A stretch of 64,000 nt of DNA from IMG/VR virus record IMGVR_UViG_3300025617_000001, positions 2,249 through 66,248 of that record; one strand, given 5' to 3'. The DNA is from a virus. Each line of letters opens with the position of its first letter. Position 1 is the first letter of the stretch. The notes under the pieces are model-generated. The model did no database searches and was not told where the DNA came from. It was given only the letters and a program-made list of their open reading frames with translations. The position numbers and the translations under genes were made by a program. Of the stretch, positions 45,498-55,236 are shown piece after piece.

Positions 45498-46889
45498 TTA
45501 GTTAAATAATACAAAGTTGTTAGCTCCTTGTACTACTAAACATCTTTCAGTTAGATAGTGTACTTCCATCTTGTCATCTCCTGAAGTAGCAGCGCCACCA
45601 ACAGAACCAGTAATCCAAGACTTCATACGACGATCATCAGCTTCAGAAGCACGGTAACGTACGTGTAGGAAAGGACGTTTGATGTTCTTACCTAGAAGTT
45701 GATCGTAAACTGAAGAAGTACCAGCAGGTACTAATACACCTTCAACACCACCGATAAGACCACGAGTAGTAGCATCGTTTAAGTATTTCCAGTCAGTTTT
45801 GTAGAAATCATAAGATCCACGACGGAAACCTGAGAATCCTAAGTTAAGTGCCATATCCTCAGAGTTGTTGAATACTCCGTAAGAAGTACCACCAGCACCG
45901 TAAGAATTTTGAGCAGCTAACATATCGTCGATAGATAGAGCGATATCACGGTTAACGAAAAGCATGTTCTCTTCGATAGCACCTTCTTTGTCAAGTTTCT
46001 TAAGTAGAGTGTCAAAGTCTTGTAAAGACTCAGTAGCAGTTCCACCTACAAAACCATCAAATTGGTGACCACGTGATTCAATAGCAGAGAAAAGACCTTC
46101 AGTACCGTCTACATCAACAACACCGCTAGCTCCTTTTTTCTCAGCTTCAACAAGTGACATTTCAGCGTAATCTTCGAAACGAGTACGAGTATCACCTTCA
46201 GCTTTGATGTACCATAGGTAACCAGTTTGACCTGATTCACCAGTTACTTCAATCCAACCAATTTGAGAAGCGTCAGATCCAGAAATTTCATAATGATCTT
46301 TAAGGATAATTGGCTTGTTAGTTAGAGAGATGAAATCTGGCTCAACAGCGTCAGACATTGCAGCAGTTCCTTTTTTGAATTCAGAACCGTAAACAAATAA
46401 CTGAACATCTTCAGCAGAAGAAATTCCAAGACCGTCAGCAGCGTAGCAAGATACAGTAATTGTAGTTGCACCAACAGCAGTAACTAAAGCCTTAAAGATA
46501 CCTGTAGAAGCAGAAATAACTACAGTCTGATTAAGACGTACAGCGTGATTTGCTCCAACAGTGATAACGTTTACTTCAGATCCAGAAGTTCCTGAGTCTG
46601 CAGCAGCTTCAACACCGTCAAAAGAGATGTGAAGACGTCCTTGTTCTGACCAGATAACTTGGTCTGAAGTCATAGGCATTTCAGCACCTACCATTTGTAA
46701 GAATCCAGAAACAGAGCGGTTTCCATAACGCTCTACCTCAGCTTCGTATAGCTCTGGTAAGTATTGTTGAGCCCAACCAGCAGTTCCAGCTGCTGTGAAA
46801 TCGATATAGTTAGTCGATAAAGTTTGTTTTACTGGGGCAGCATTTGATAGGATTAAGCTGCTACCTGCAGTATAAGTTGCATTTGCCAT
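45498..46889 (-). CDS. Major capsid protein
   Basis: 463 aa; follows portal and scaffold; strongly biased codon use; followed by terminator. Confidence 0.85.
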   Translation of the reverse strand: MANATYTAGSSLILSNAAPVKQTLSTNYIDFTAAGTAGWAQQYLPELYEAEVERYGNRSVSGFLQMVGAEMPMTSDQVIWSEQGRLHISFDGVEAAADSGTSGSEVNVITVGANHAVRLNQTVVISASTGIFKALVTAVGATTITVSCYAADGLGISSAEDVQLFVYGSEFKKGTAAMSDAVEPDFISLTNKPIILKDHYEISGSDASQIGWIEVTGESGQTGYLWYIKAEGDTRTRFEDYAEMSLVEAEKKGASGVVDVDGTEGLFSAIESRGHQFDGFVGGTATESLQDFDTLLKKLDKEGAIEENMLFVNRDIALSIDDMLAAQNSYGAGGTSYGVFNNSEDMALNLGFSGFRRGSYDFYKTDWKYLNDATTRGLIGGVEGVLVPAGTSSVYDQLLGKNIKRPFLHVRYRASEADDRRMKSWITGSVGGAATSGDDKMEVHYLTERCLVVQGANNFVLFN

Positions 46890-46908
46890 TTTTTAATTTT
46901 TTAGCTTT

Positions 46909-48123
46909 TTAGTTTTTAATTTTAACTCTTAGTTTTGAACTATTATCGCCTGTTACTGCTCTCACTTTTAATCCACCAGCTTCAATAAATCCTTCGTTAG
47001 TTTTTCTAGGGTCCATGTTTATATTCTTAGACTCTGCTTCTAATTGACGGATCGCATCAGCTTTTCCTTGTTCATAAAAGTGGTTTGCAATTTTATCGGC
47101 ATTTTTTGCAGCAAATAAAGCTTTGTGGTAATCAGCAGCATTATCTAATAAACCTTGTTCGTTTACAAAACTTCCAAGAAATTCGTTTATGTCGCTTTGT
47201 TGCTTTTTCACTTGTTGAGTATCACTAACTTTAAACCTGTACTTGTTTTCACCTACCTTGAAATCAAAACCTTTGAATTCTTCGTTGAATAGCTTGTTGG
47301 TTTGTTCGCTAAAATACTCATTTTGCTTCTGCGTAAGAGTAGATAGTTCTTCTTGCTCTTTTTTATAATTGTTATAAAACTCTACAGCTTCTTTTTGTTC
47401 TGGGGCTAAACGAGATGTCAACTTGACTTCGTCGTAGTATTTGCCTTTTAGATCATCAAGAAAACCTCGAGCCTTAGCAATTTCTTCTTTATATGCGAGT
47501 TTTTTACGTTTGATGTCTCGATCATCATCAACTTCCTCATCAAAAGAAAAATTATCTTCAATTAAAAAATCGATCTCATCATTATCTAAATGAGAACGTG
47601 TTTGTCGATAGTATTCTTTCAATAATGTTTTTTCGTCTACATTAGAATAGTCTGTATTTAATCTTACATAATCTTCTAATGTACCGCCAGTTTCACTCAT
47701 AAAGTCAACAACTTTTTGAATGTTTTCTGGTAGTAAGACTTCTTCTTTTACTTCTTCTTTTTGTAAGAGCTTTTCTTCATTGGCTTCTTGGCCATTGGTT
47801 TCTTGCTCTTCGACTTGCAGCTTTTCGGCATCGTTATCTTCTTTAATTAATTCTAAAACTTGTTCTACTTCTTCTTTTTGTTCGGTAGGTTCTTCGGAAC
47901 TCCGTACTTCTTCGACCACTTCTTGGCTAGCTTCGGGTTCGTCTTGAACAGGAACCTCATCTGTGCTTTGCTCTTGAACGGCATTTTCTTGTGTTTTTGT
48001 TAAATCAAGTTTGTACGTGTTGTCTTGTCCAACGTCGGCGCCAGCATCTTTAAGAACTTTTTCTTCACGCTCTTGAATAGATGGTTGCTCGTCGTTTACT
48101 AAGTTTACTTTGTAATCTGACAT
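46909..48123 (-). CDS. Capsid scaffolding protein
   Basis: Acidic disordered N-terminus, coiled coils, FYEQGKADA; between portal and capsid. Confidence 0.75.
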   Translation of the reverse strand: MSDYKVNLVNDEQPSIQEREEKVLKDAGADVGQDNTYKLDLTKTQENAVQEQSTDEVPVQDEPEASQEVVEEVRSSEEPTEQKEEVEQVLELIKEDNDAEKLQVEEQETNGQEANEEKLLQKEEVKEEVLLPENIQKVVDFMSETGGTLEDYVRLNTDYSNVDEKTLLKEYYRQTRSHLDNDEIDFLIEDNFSFDEEVDDDRDIKRKKLAYKEEIAKARGFLDDLKGKYYDEVKLTSRLAPEQKEAVEFYNNYKKEQEELSTLTQKQNEYFSEQTNKLFNEEFKGFDFKVGENKYRFKVSDTQQVKKQQSDINEFLGSFVNEQGLLDNAADYHKALFAAKNADKIANHFYEQGKADAIRQLEAESKNINMDPRKTNEGFIEAGGLKVRAVTGDNSSKLRVKIKN

Positions 48124-48149
48124 AATATGATATTATAAAAATTTAAAAA

Positions 48150-50567
48150 TTATCTTGGATCAAATTGCTCTAATCCAAATCCACCTAAGGTGTCAAAACC
48201 TGCAGATTCAAAATCTTTAGGTCCACTGTTACCCTTTCTCTGTTCAATAAGCTCAGACTGCTGGGTAGCTTGTATTTTGGTTCTTTTATCTTTACGATCT
48301 TCTTTAAAACCTTCTTTATCTTTAATTACTTGCGATTCAATTTGTTTAAGTTTCATGTTTAACTCAAACTCATGATACATAAGCTCTTTTTTAATTTGAG
48401 CTTCTCTTTCTAATTTCTGTATTTCAAGATTAGATTTTATTTGTTCTAATTGTGCTTTACTTTCAGTTAACGCTTGTTCTTTCTGCATTTCAGCTTGAGC
48501 AGACTCTTGAGCAGCTCTAGCATTAGATTCAGATTGTGCTTGAATATTCTGCATCTGCACAGCTCTATCTTCAGCCGCTTTACGTTTTCTACGAACTTTA
48601 AGTAGTTGATTAGCTAGTTTTGTGTTTTTTATTTCTCTAATATCAATAGCATCTTCAAGGTATATTTGATCTCTTTGTAATGCTATTTGAATATTATTTT
48701 CTAGCTTTTGCTTTTCTTCCTCGTCTGGCGCTAAATCAATATAAATGCCAAATTCATGAAGATGTAGGTTTTGTATCTCTTCTAATGTACCAACATTAAA
48801 TCTACCTATACCACCTATAAAAGAAGACTTAGTATTTGAAAACTTAAGTACGTCAGCTATTCTTAGTGATATATTTTCAGCTGTTTTTAATGCTAAGTAC
48901 AAACTACCTTGTAGTATATGCCTAGTTGCTGTGTTTGAATTAGCAGCTGCTAGTTTTTGTATTCCTACAAGCGCTTTTTCATCAGGCATACTACCATCTC
49001 TTGCCTCGTTAAGACCAGTTACATCTCGCATCATTTGCAAGTAGTAATTGTAAGAGTTAATTAGGCTAGCTATTTTTTGACCACCACTTGAAGACTGTAA
49101 TTCTTGAATAGGTGCTTTACCATGATTAAACTCTCCATCTTGAGTCATTGATCTACCGATAACAGATCCAGTTTGGAAGTACATGTTAAGTGCTTCTTGT
49201 GGATTATAATTTGTACCGTTACCTAAATCAATTTCAGCAATACCATCAGCATCTAAATAAACACCATCAGGTACCATGCGAGATAAAACCTGTTGTAGCT
49301 TTAAATGTGTTAATTGAATCATGTCAGCAAATGAAGTCATTCTACCAACAAGTGATTCAACTTTACCTTTGTATATTCTTGGAGCTACAATATTATAAGA
49401 CATGTTAACCTTCGTCGTATCAGAATAAGGTCTTGTCATGTTTTCAGCTAGCTTCCATTTAAGCATTTTATTAGTACCAATAATTTTAGCTCCTTCATAT
49501 AACACTTCTATAGATCTATTTACTTTTTCAAATCTAGATCTAGCATCTCTTGGAGGATTAAATTGATCAGTTTTCTGTATTGCTTTTTCAGCGCCAGAAG
49601 CTGTTTCTTTTATTTTATATACTTGGTTTTGAAAAGTTTTATATTCATAATAAAGAACATACACGTGGTTAGTGTCTTCAGCATCAGAAGCAGCAAACGA
49701 CTTATTATAAAGCATCATATTGCTACCAGTTCCTTCTATGTCTTTAATATCTTCTTCTGTAAGATATGGAAATTGCTTTTTAAGTTCTACTAAACTAACT
49801 CTACGTATTTCACCTACATAATATAAATCGTCAAAGTACGGTGACTCTGTATATGAATAAACAATATCAGCAGGATCTACGTATTCTATTTTAATACCTT
49901 CCGCTGTATTGAATGTTGTTTTATCACAAGCAATACCTATAGTTACTAAATCGTAGTCAAAACGTTTTTTAAGTAAATGATACTTGTTAAAATCTAGTAC
50001 ATTATTTATAGCTTGCTCTTCTGCAATTTCTATAGACTGTTTGTAGTCTAACTGCATGTGTAACTCTAATTCTTCGTCTGAATTAGGTATTTGCTCTTCT
50101 GGAATACTAAAAGTATCTACACCGATGTTATCTTTAATAGAACGCTTAACGTCGTAAGCATACATATCTTTCATAACATCTTCAAGATATTGTGTTTTTT
50201 TCTTTACAGAAAAAGGATCTGAGGAATATGCTTTAATATCAAAAGTCCTTTCACCAATACCATTAACTACAATATCTACAAATTTAGGTATAATAGGTAC
50301 TGGCTTCCAGTCTAAATTAAGATAAGACAAATCACCGTTGATAGATAATTCATCTTTGTATTTTTGTATTGACTGTTCACCTCTTGCGTACAATCGAAGT
50401 CTGTGGTAGTTATCTCTATTTGCATAGAACCTAACACTTCCTGAGTCTCTCTTAAACCATTCAGACTCGATAGCTTTGGCCACTTCCATACCATACTCTA
50501 AACTAGCTTTAGTAGCATCATCTACTGATTGGCTTGGAAATATACCCTTAGGTAACGTTTTTGACAT
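48150..50567 (-). CDS. Portal protein
   Basis: 805 aa after terminase; PIIPKFVDIVVNG; DVTGLNEARDG; C-terminal coiled coil. Confidence 0.85.
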   Translation of the reverse strand: MSKTLPKGIFPSQSVDDATKASLEYGMEVAKAIESEWFKRDSGSVRFYANRDNYHRLRLYARGEQSIQKYKDELSINGDLSYLNLDWKPVPIIPKFVDIVVNGIGERTFDIKAYSSDPFSVKKKTQYLEDVMKDMYAYDVKRSIKDNIGVDTFSIPEEQIPNSDEELELHMQLDYKQSIEIAEEQAINNVLDFNKYHLLKKRFDYDLVTIGIACDKTTFNTAEGIKIEYVDPADIVYSYTESPYFDDLYYVGEIRRVSLVELKKQFPYLTEEDIKDIEGTGSNMMLYNKSFAASDAEDTNHVYVLYYEYKTFQNQVYKIKETASGAEKAIQKTDQFNPPRDARSRFEKVNRSIEVLYEGAKIIGTNKMLKWKLAENMTRPYSDTTKVNMSYNIVAPRIYKGKVESLVGRMTSFADMIQLTHLKLQQVLSRMVPDGVYLDADGIAEIDLGNGTNYNPQEALNMYFQTGSVIGRSMTQDGEFNHGKAPIQELQSSSGGQKIASLINSYNYYLQMMRDVTGLNEARDGSMPDEKALVGIQKLAAANSNTATRHILQGSLYLALKTAENISLRIADVLKFSNTKSSFIGGIGRFNVGTLEEIQNLHLHEFGIYIDLAPDEEEKQKLENNIQIALQRDQIYLEDAIDIREIKNTKLANQLLKVRRKRKAAEDRAVQMQNIQAQSESNARAAQESAQAEMQKEQALTESKAQLEQIKSNLEIQKLEREAQIKKELMYHEFELNMKLKQIESQVIKDKEGFKEDRKDKRTKIQATQQSELIEQRKGNSGPKDFESAGFDTLGGFGLEQFDPR

Positions 50568-52775
50568 CTATTCTATTATTTTTGAAGTATATCCGTTGTT
50601 ATTGTATTTTTTAAAACCAAAGTTTAAAGCTCTAGTTGTTCTTTCTTGTTTTGGTGCGTACATGTGCTTATTGCAAGCCATAATAGCTAAACCAGAAGAT
50701 ATAGCCGCATCAAACAATGTTCTTTTATTTATATCGAACTTAGCCCAGTCGTTTAAAGTTTTGGTAAAATACATGTTTCCATAATCACCATTATCTAATT
50801 GACCTACATGCTTCTGTATATAGCTTTCTATTGCAGCCGCGTGCGCTTGTTTAATGTCTTCACCTGAATTTGGTATACCTCCGATCTCTTTTTCTGTCGT
50901 AGATAACTTGTTGTATGTTTTATCAGGTCTATTTATTGAGTAGCCTCTATAACCTCTACGTTTTAAATAGTAAAGCAGTCTCGGCTTGTTATTTTCAGCA
51001 AGCATAGGCATGCCATAAAAAACTAAAGCCATTAACACGTCTTCAAAAAACATTTCAGCGGTTTGAGGTCTAGCTATATATTCTAAGAAAAAAGTATTAG
51101 GCGGCGCGTCTTCCATACTAAACTTTGTAAGGCCGTGTAATGCACCTTTAGATCCTCTACCATCAACTGTTCCTGATATATCGTAGCTATCACAACCAAA
51201 AGCGCCAACGTGTTCGTTAGCAGGATATTTTATACCACCTCTTATTTCATACTTATTTTGCATGTGTACTGGTGGCACCCAAGAAACTAAAAATCTACCA
51301 TTTTGATCTGGCGAAAAAACTACCTTAGTGTCTTTAACACCATTTAACCATTGAAAACTACCACGAGTAGTTAATCCTTGATATTTAGCTTCTTCATTAA
51401 AATCTATTTGATCGTATATTCTAGTTAAATTAAATATACTGTTTTTTGTTTCATCACGAAACGCATGCTCCTCTGTTCTTGGAAACTGTCGATAAAATTC
51501 GTTTAGACCATCTTGATCTTGTTTTAAACCTGCAGCTTCGTTTTCCCAATGCTCTATTACTCCAACCTCAATACTCTCTCCCATCGGTCCTTTAACTGGT
51601 TCTGATGGTGTATCGAATACAGGTATTCCATAAGCGTCAATGAATCCTTCGTAATTCCACTCCATAGGTATGAACAAACTATATAGTCCACTGCGAGTCT
51701 GTCCATTGCGGTTTCGTTGTGTGACGTCTGAATCATTGTAAAGTTTTTTAAAGTTGTCACCACCTTTGTCAAGTGCATTTGAGGTTGAACCCATCATACA
51801 CTTACCAATGATACGACTACCTAGTCTAAGACATGTTTTTGTAACGCGCCAGTTGTTTAATATATTATCAGGTCTTTCCCACTTACCACTTTCATCGTGA
51901 ACTAGTAACGCTAGTTTTTCACCATCGTACGAGTTGTCTCCCGTGTTCTTCCAGTCGATCGTTGTGTCGAGACCTTCCATGATCTCCCTCTCTCTGTTTT
52001 GTATAGACTTCTTTGTGAGTTTCGACGCTGGTACTCTATACGCGAGTTCTGATTTCGGTCTATCCATACCGTCTTGTATCGGTTTGAAAAAGAACGGGTA
52101 GTTAATTGATATTGGTACAACCTTGTCTGTAAACATCTTCTTAGCATCGGATCCAGACTTTGACAAGATGCCAAATCTAGCATCTGATGTAATTGTAGCA
52201 AGGTTAATGGTTTCTGAGCTTGACATAAACGAAAACCCAGAACGTCTGTTTTTAAGGTAGCACATTCCGTAGCATCTTGGATCTGCCTTACAAGCTTCCC
52301 AGAATATAAAAAATAATCTATTTGCTTCACGGAAGTCTGGGTGGCCAACGTCAATCTTGGTCCACTGCAAGTACATGTAGTGAGTGCCAGTAATATAAGT
52401 AGGCTTATCTTTGTTAACGAACCAAAAACCTTTTTCACGTCTATCAAATTCATCTTCAATATAATCCTCCCACTGTTCTTTAAACTCACTAGATGTATCT
52501 CTCCAGTCAAATATTGTTTTTATTCTACCTAATTCCTTAGGATAGTCAAATGGTATCCAACGTTTTTCTTTGTTGCTATACACATTATCTTCTTTAGGCA
52601 GAGCTATACGTAAATTTTGTATCTCGTATATTTCACCGATCTCTCCAGTCTTGCTTATAACTACAATATCATTTTCTTTATCATAACCGTATTCCCAAGA
52701 CTTAGCCTTGTTTCTACGATGTATTGTAGTCAGTTTCACTGGTTCTATGATCTTATATAATGTTTGTTGATACAT
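50568..52775 (-). CDS. terL: Terminase large subunit
   Basis: LKNRRSGFS (Walker A-like); LLVHDESGK (Walker B); GSTS; nuclease GCDSYD, AENNK. Confidence 0.9.
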   Translation of the reverse strand: MYQQTLYKIIEPVKLTTIHRRNKAKSWEYGYDKENDIVVISKTGEIGEIYEIQNLRIALPKEDNVYSNKEKRWIPFDYPKELGRIKTIFDWRDTSSEFKEQWEDYIEDEFDRREKGFWFVNKDKPTYITGTHYMYLQWTKIDVGHPDFREANRLFFIFWEACKADPRCYGMCYLKNRRSGFSFMSSSETINLATITSDARFGILSKSGSDAKKMFTDKVVPISINYPFFFKPIQDGMDRPKSELAYRVPASKLTKKSIQNREREIMEGLDTTIDWKNTGDNSYDGEKLALLVHDESGKWERPDNILNNWRVTKTCLRLGSRIIGKCMMGSTSNALDKGGDNFKKLYNDSDVTQRNRNGQTRSGLYSLFIPMEWNYEGFIDAYGIPVFDTPSEPVKGPMGESIEVGVIEHWENEAAGLKQDQDGLNEFYRQFPRTEEHAFRDETKNSIFNLTRIYDQIDFNEEAKYQGLTTRGSFQWLNGVKDTKVVFSPDQNGRFLVSWVPPVHMQNKYEIRGGIKYPANEHVGAFGCDSYDISGTVDGRGSKGALHGLTKFSMEDAPPNTFFLEYIARPQTAEMFFEDVLMALVFYGMPMLAENNKPRLLYYLKRRGYRGYSINRPDKTYNKLSTTEKEIGGIPNSGEDIKQAHAAAIESYIQKHVGQLDNGDYGNMYFTKTLNDWAKFDINKRTLFDAAISSGLAIMACNKHMYAPKQERTTRALNFGFKKYNNNGYTSKIIE

Positions 52776-53050
52776 TACTTAGACCTCCTTTCTGCAAACC
52801 CTTTAAATGATTCTTTTTCATTTTCTTTAGGTTTGTTATCTAGCATAGCTTCTTCTTCTTGAATCTTATTCAATATTTCAAAAGCGTCGAATATTGCTAG
52901 CTTTTTAGTTGCTGCAGCGTTTTTAAGTCTGTCAGCAGATACATCATCTTCTGTATGAGTAATAATTTTTTCTTCAGCTACACGTATTAGTTCATCAACT
53001 GCTTTGTAGCCAGACTGGATTATACTCCTCTTCAGTTCCTTGATATCCAT
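52775..53050 (-). CDS. Putative terminase small subunit
   Basis: 91 aa, helical, directly upstream of terL. Confidence 0.45.
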   Translation of the reverse strand: MDIKELKRSIIQSGYKAVDELIRVAEEKIITHTEDDVSADRLKNAAATKKLAIFDAFEILNKIQEEEAMLDNKPKENEKESFKGFAERRSK

Positions 53051-53600
53051 ATTTAATACAAATTGAATTAGTTGGTACTCTGTAAAGACGCTGGTTATCT
53101 ATGATAAACTCATACTCGCTGTCTGGAGTAAAACCTATAAGATCGTCTTTTTTAAGACCGTTTTTTATAAGACCATTATCAAGGTATTTCAACACACCGG
53201 TATGTTCTTCTTCTGGGTTAGTTGAAAATAACTTTTTGCTCTTTATTGGTTGGACAAAGCAAAAACCTTCAAGCGGTTTCCACTCTCCGTTTCTTTTATA
53301 CATAAACACTTGTTCTGGAAAAACAAAGTATTTATCTTCTTCGAAATAACTTTTACTATTTTTTTCTTCTCCTCTTACGTCATGAAACCTTCTAAAGACA
53401 TTATGGTGAACGATTACTTCATCACCTTTTTTAATACCTGTTTTACCAACGATCGGAGTTTCTAATACAACACCTATTCTACTTACAAACTTGTGGTCTT
53501 GTATTTCTGTATTTAATATAAGTTCAACGTCATCGACTTTAGTCGTATTTTCGTATCTATTGTTTTTAGGCTCTATAATAAAACTATATAAGCTCCTCAT
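52995..53600 (-). CDS. Tandem GroES-like co-chaperonin
   Basis: Two GroES-like halves: FIIEP...GVV...GIKKGDEVI and FCFVQPI...TGVL...GLKKDDLIGF...EFII....LY. Confidence 0.6.
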   Translation of the reverse strand: MRSLYSFIIEPKNNRYENTTKVDDVELILNTEIQDHKFVSRIGVVLETPIVGKTGIKKGDEVIVHHNVFRRFHDVRGEEKNSKSYFEEDKYFVFPEQVFMYKRNGEWKPLEGFCFVQPIKSKKLFSTNPEEEHTGVLKYLDNGLIKNGLKKDDLIGFTPDSEYEFIIDNQRLYRVPTNSICIKYGYQGTEEEYNPVWLQSS

Positions 53601-53818
53601 TAATATTCTAAGTTAAATTCAATACTAATTGCCATGTTCTTATTAAAATCCTTCCAAGGTAAAACTTCACCTCTTTTAGTTATATATATTCTATACCTAT
53701 CATTCTCTTCAATAATATCACAAATAGTATGTCCGCCATAGACTTCTTGGCCTACAGCGTAGTGCATTGCAGAGTCTTTGTAATCTCTACCAATGCTTAT
53801 CTTTCTGATTAAATTCAT
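53600..53818 (-). CDS. Hypothetical protein
   Basis: 72 aa; IRKISIGRDYKD.AMHY.VGQ. Confidence 0.7.
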   Translation of the reverse strand: MNLIRKISIGRDYKDSAMHYAVGQEVYGGHTICDIIEENDRYRIYITKRGEVLPWKDFNKNMAISIEFNLEY

Positions 53819-53830
53819 ATTAAATTGTTT

Positions 53831-53941
53831 TTACTTCTTCTTTCTGCGTTTAGGCACGCAGTTAGGTACTTTTTTACCTTTCTTTTTTTTCATGCCAATC
53901 ATTTCGTATCCTGACCAGCAAGGTGACTTTTTCTTTTTCAT
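53831..53941 (-). CDS. Basic micro-protein, 36 aa (not in track)
   Basis: MKKKKSPCWSGYEMIGMKKKKGKKVPNCVPKRRKKK. Confidence 0.6.
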   Translation of the reverse strand: MKKKKSPCWSGYEMIGMKKKKGKKVPNCVPKRRKKK

Positions 53942-53942
53942 G

Positions 53943-54206
53943 CTACCACTTTACTTTATCAGCCCAATAGGCAGCTGACATTTTACCTTTCTTAATGTTT
54001 TTAGAGTGACGAGCCTTAAAACTCTTACGTCTCGCTTTAGACTTAGTATCGCTCTTTTTTCCTGCTCCACTAACTCCTTGCTGCCCAAATCTAATAATTT
54101 TCTCTTTTCCATTTGCACATGCTTTTACAACGTGAGATTTAGTCTTGTGCCCAGGAGTTCTTTTAGGCTTGTTGCAAGCCATTTTAGATTTGTTAACGCT
54201 AGCCAT
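53943..54206 (-). CDS. Small basic phage protein
   Basis: KIIRFGQQG...RRKSFKARH...SAAYWADKVKW. Confidence 0.75.
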   Translation of the reverse strand: MASVNKSKMACNKPKRTPGHKTKSHVVKACANGKEKIIRFGQQGVSGAGKKSDTKSKARRKSFKARHSKNIKKGKMSAAYWADKVKW

Positions 54207-54289
54207 TACTTTTTACATTTACAGCTAACACGTCCACATTTCTTACATTTCTTGCTCGAGGCTTTCTTTTTACTTTTTCCGTAAGGCAT
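54206..54289 (-). CDS. Lys/Cys micro-protein, 27 aa (not in track)
   Basis: MPYGKSKKKASSKKCKKCGRVSCKCKK; AACT-ATG start, TAATG coupling to next gene. Confidence 0.5.
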   Translation of the reverse strand: MPYGKSKKKASSKKCKKCGRVSCKCKK

Positions 54290-54545
54290 AGTTTCTAGTT
54301 GTTTGTTTGTTAATAATCTTTTTACCTCTACGTTGCATTATCTTAACGTAGTCTGTCGTGTATTTTTTTTTAATGACAATCTCAAGATCATCATTTGCAT
54401 AAACTTTCTGAATAACGTTGATAATTGGATTATCTTCGCTAGACTCTAACCATTGAGTCCTAGATGTTATATCTTCTGAAGACACGATCTTCGTTGAAGA
54501 ACAACTAGCCAAAAAGAAAGCTGAAATAATTAATAGTTTTCTCAT
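54270..54545 (-). CDS. Small lipoprotein
   Basis: MRKLLIISAFFLASC lipobox. Confidence 0.65.
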   Translation of the reverse strand: MRKLLIISAFFLASCSSTKIVSSEDITSRTQWLESSEDNPIINVIQKVYANDDLEIVIKKKYTTDYVKIMQRRGKKIINKQTTRNYALRKK

Positions 54546-54982
54546 CTTTCTTTATCTTTAATCATATCATCTATAGCTTTATTCATAACCTTATCGCTAT
54601 AGCTTTTATTTTTATAAAATACATTTGACTCAGTAACAGGTATATCTTCTTGACCTAGCATGATTTTATACATCCTGTTAATCATCAATTTGGTTTTTAG
54701 AGAGGTTTTATAAACAGCGTATTTACTGTCCTTGCGATTTCTCTCTTTCCAGACATCGACCCAACCGTCTCGTCTTAATCGCTCCCAGCGATGTTTATCC
54801 CAAGTATAAGTATATACACCGTTTATAAAATCTTCTCTGGTAAACAAACCTTTACAGTCTAAATATACTAGCAGTTCTAAATCTGCATCTTTTAATTTAT
54901 ACTGTTTACATGCCCAACGTCTTACTAATCTATAGTATTTAAGGATTTTGAGCTCCCTTAAATCCTCTGGAGAAAGTCTCAT
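54542..54982 (-). CDS. Hypothetical protein, possible winged-helix DNA binder
   Basis: LKDADLELLVYL...WERLRRDGWV...VYK. Confidence 0.55.
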   Translation of the reverse strand: MRLSPEDLRELKILKYYRLVRRWACKQYKLKDADLELLVYLDCKGLFTREDFINGVYTYTWDKHRWERLRRDGWVDVWKERNRKDSKYAVYKTSLKTKLMINRMYKIMLGQEDIPVTESNVFYKNKSYSDKVMNKAIDDMIKDKER

Positions 54983-55236
54983 TCAACGACGACAACGTCT
55001 CCTTGTCTGATAACATGATAGAGTATACCGCCAAACTCAATCCCATGACCGGCATGGCGATCATAATAAATTGTATCATTTTCTTTTAATCCTTCGGTTA
55101 AACCACCTACACTTATTATTCTACCTTTAAGATATCTAATATCTTTATTTTGGTTATCAGTTATTAGAAGACCGTTTTGCTTTTTAGGTTCCTCTTTAAT
55201 TTTCTCTATGATGATATAATTATTAATCGCCTGCAT
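54979..55236 (-). CDS. groES: Co-chaperonin GroES
   Basis: NYIIIE...NGLLI...GRIISVG...LKENDTIYY...G..IE...VIRQGDVV; adjacent to groEL. Confidence 0.85.
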   Translation of the reverse strand: MQAINNYIIIEKIKEEPKKQNGLLITDNQNKDIRYLKGRIISVGGLTEGLKENDTIYYDRHAGHGIEFGGILYHVIRQGDVVVVE

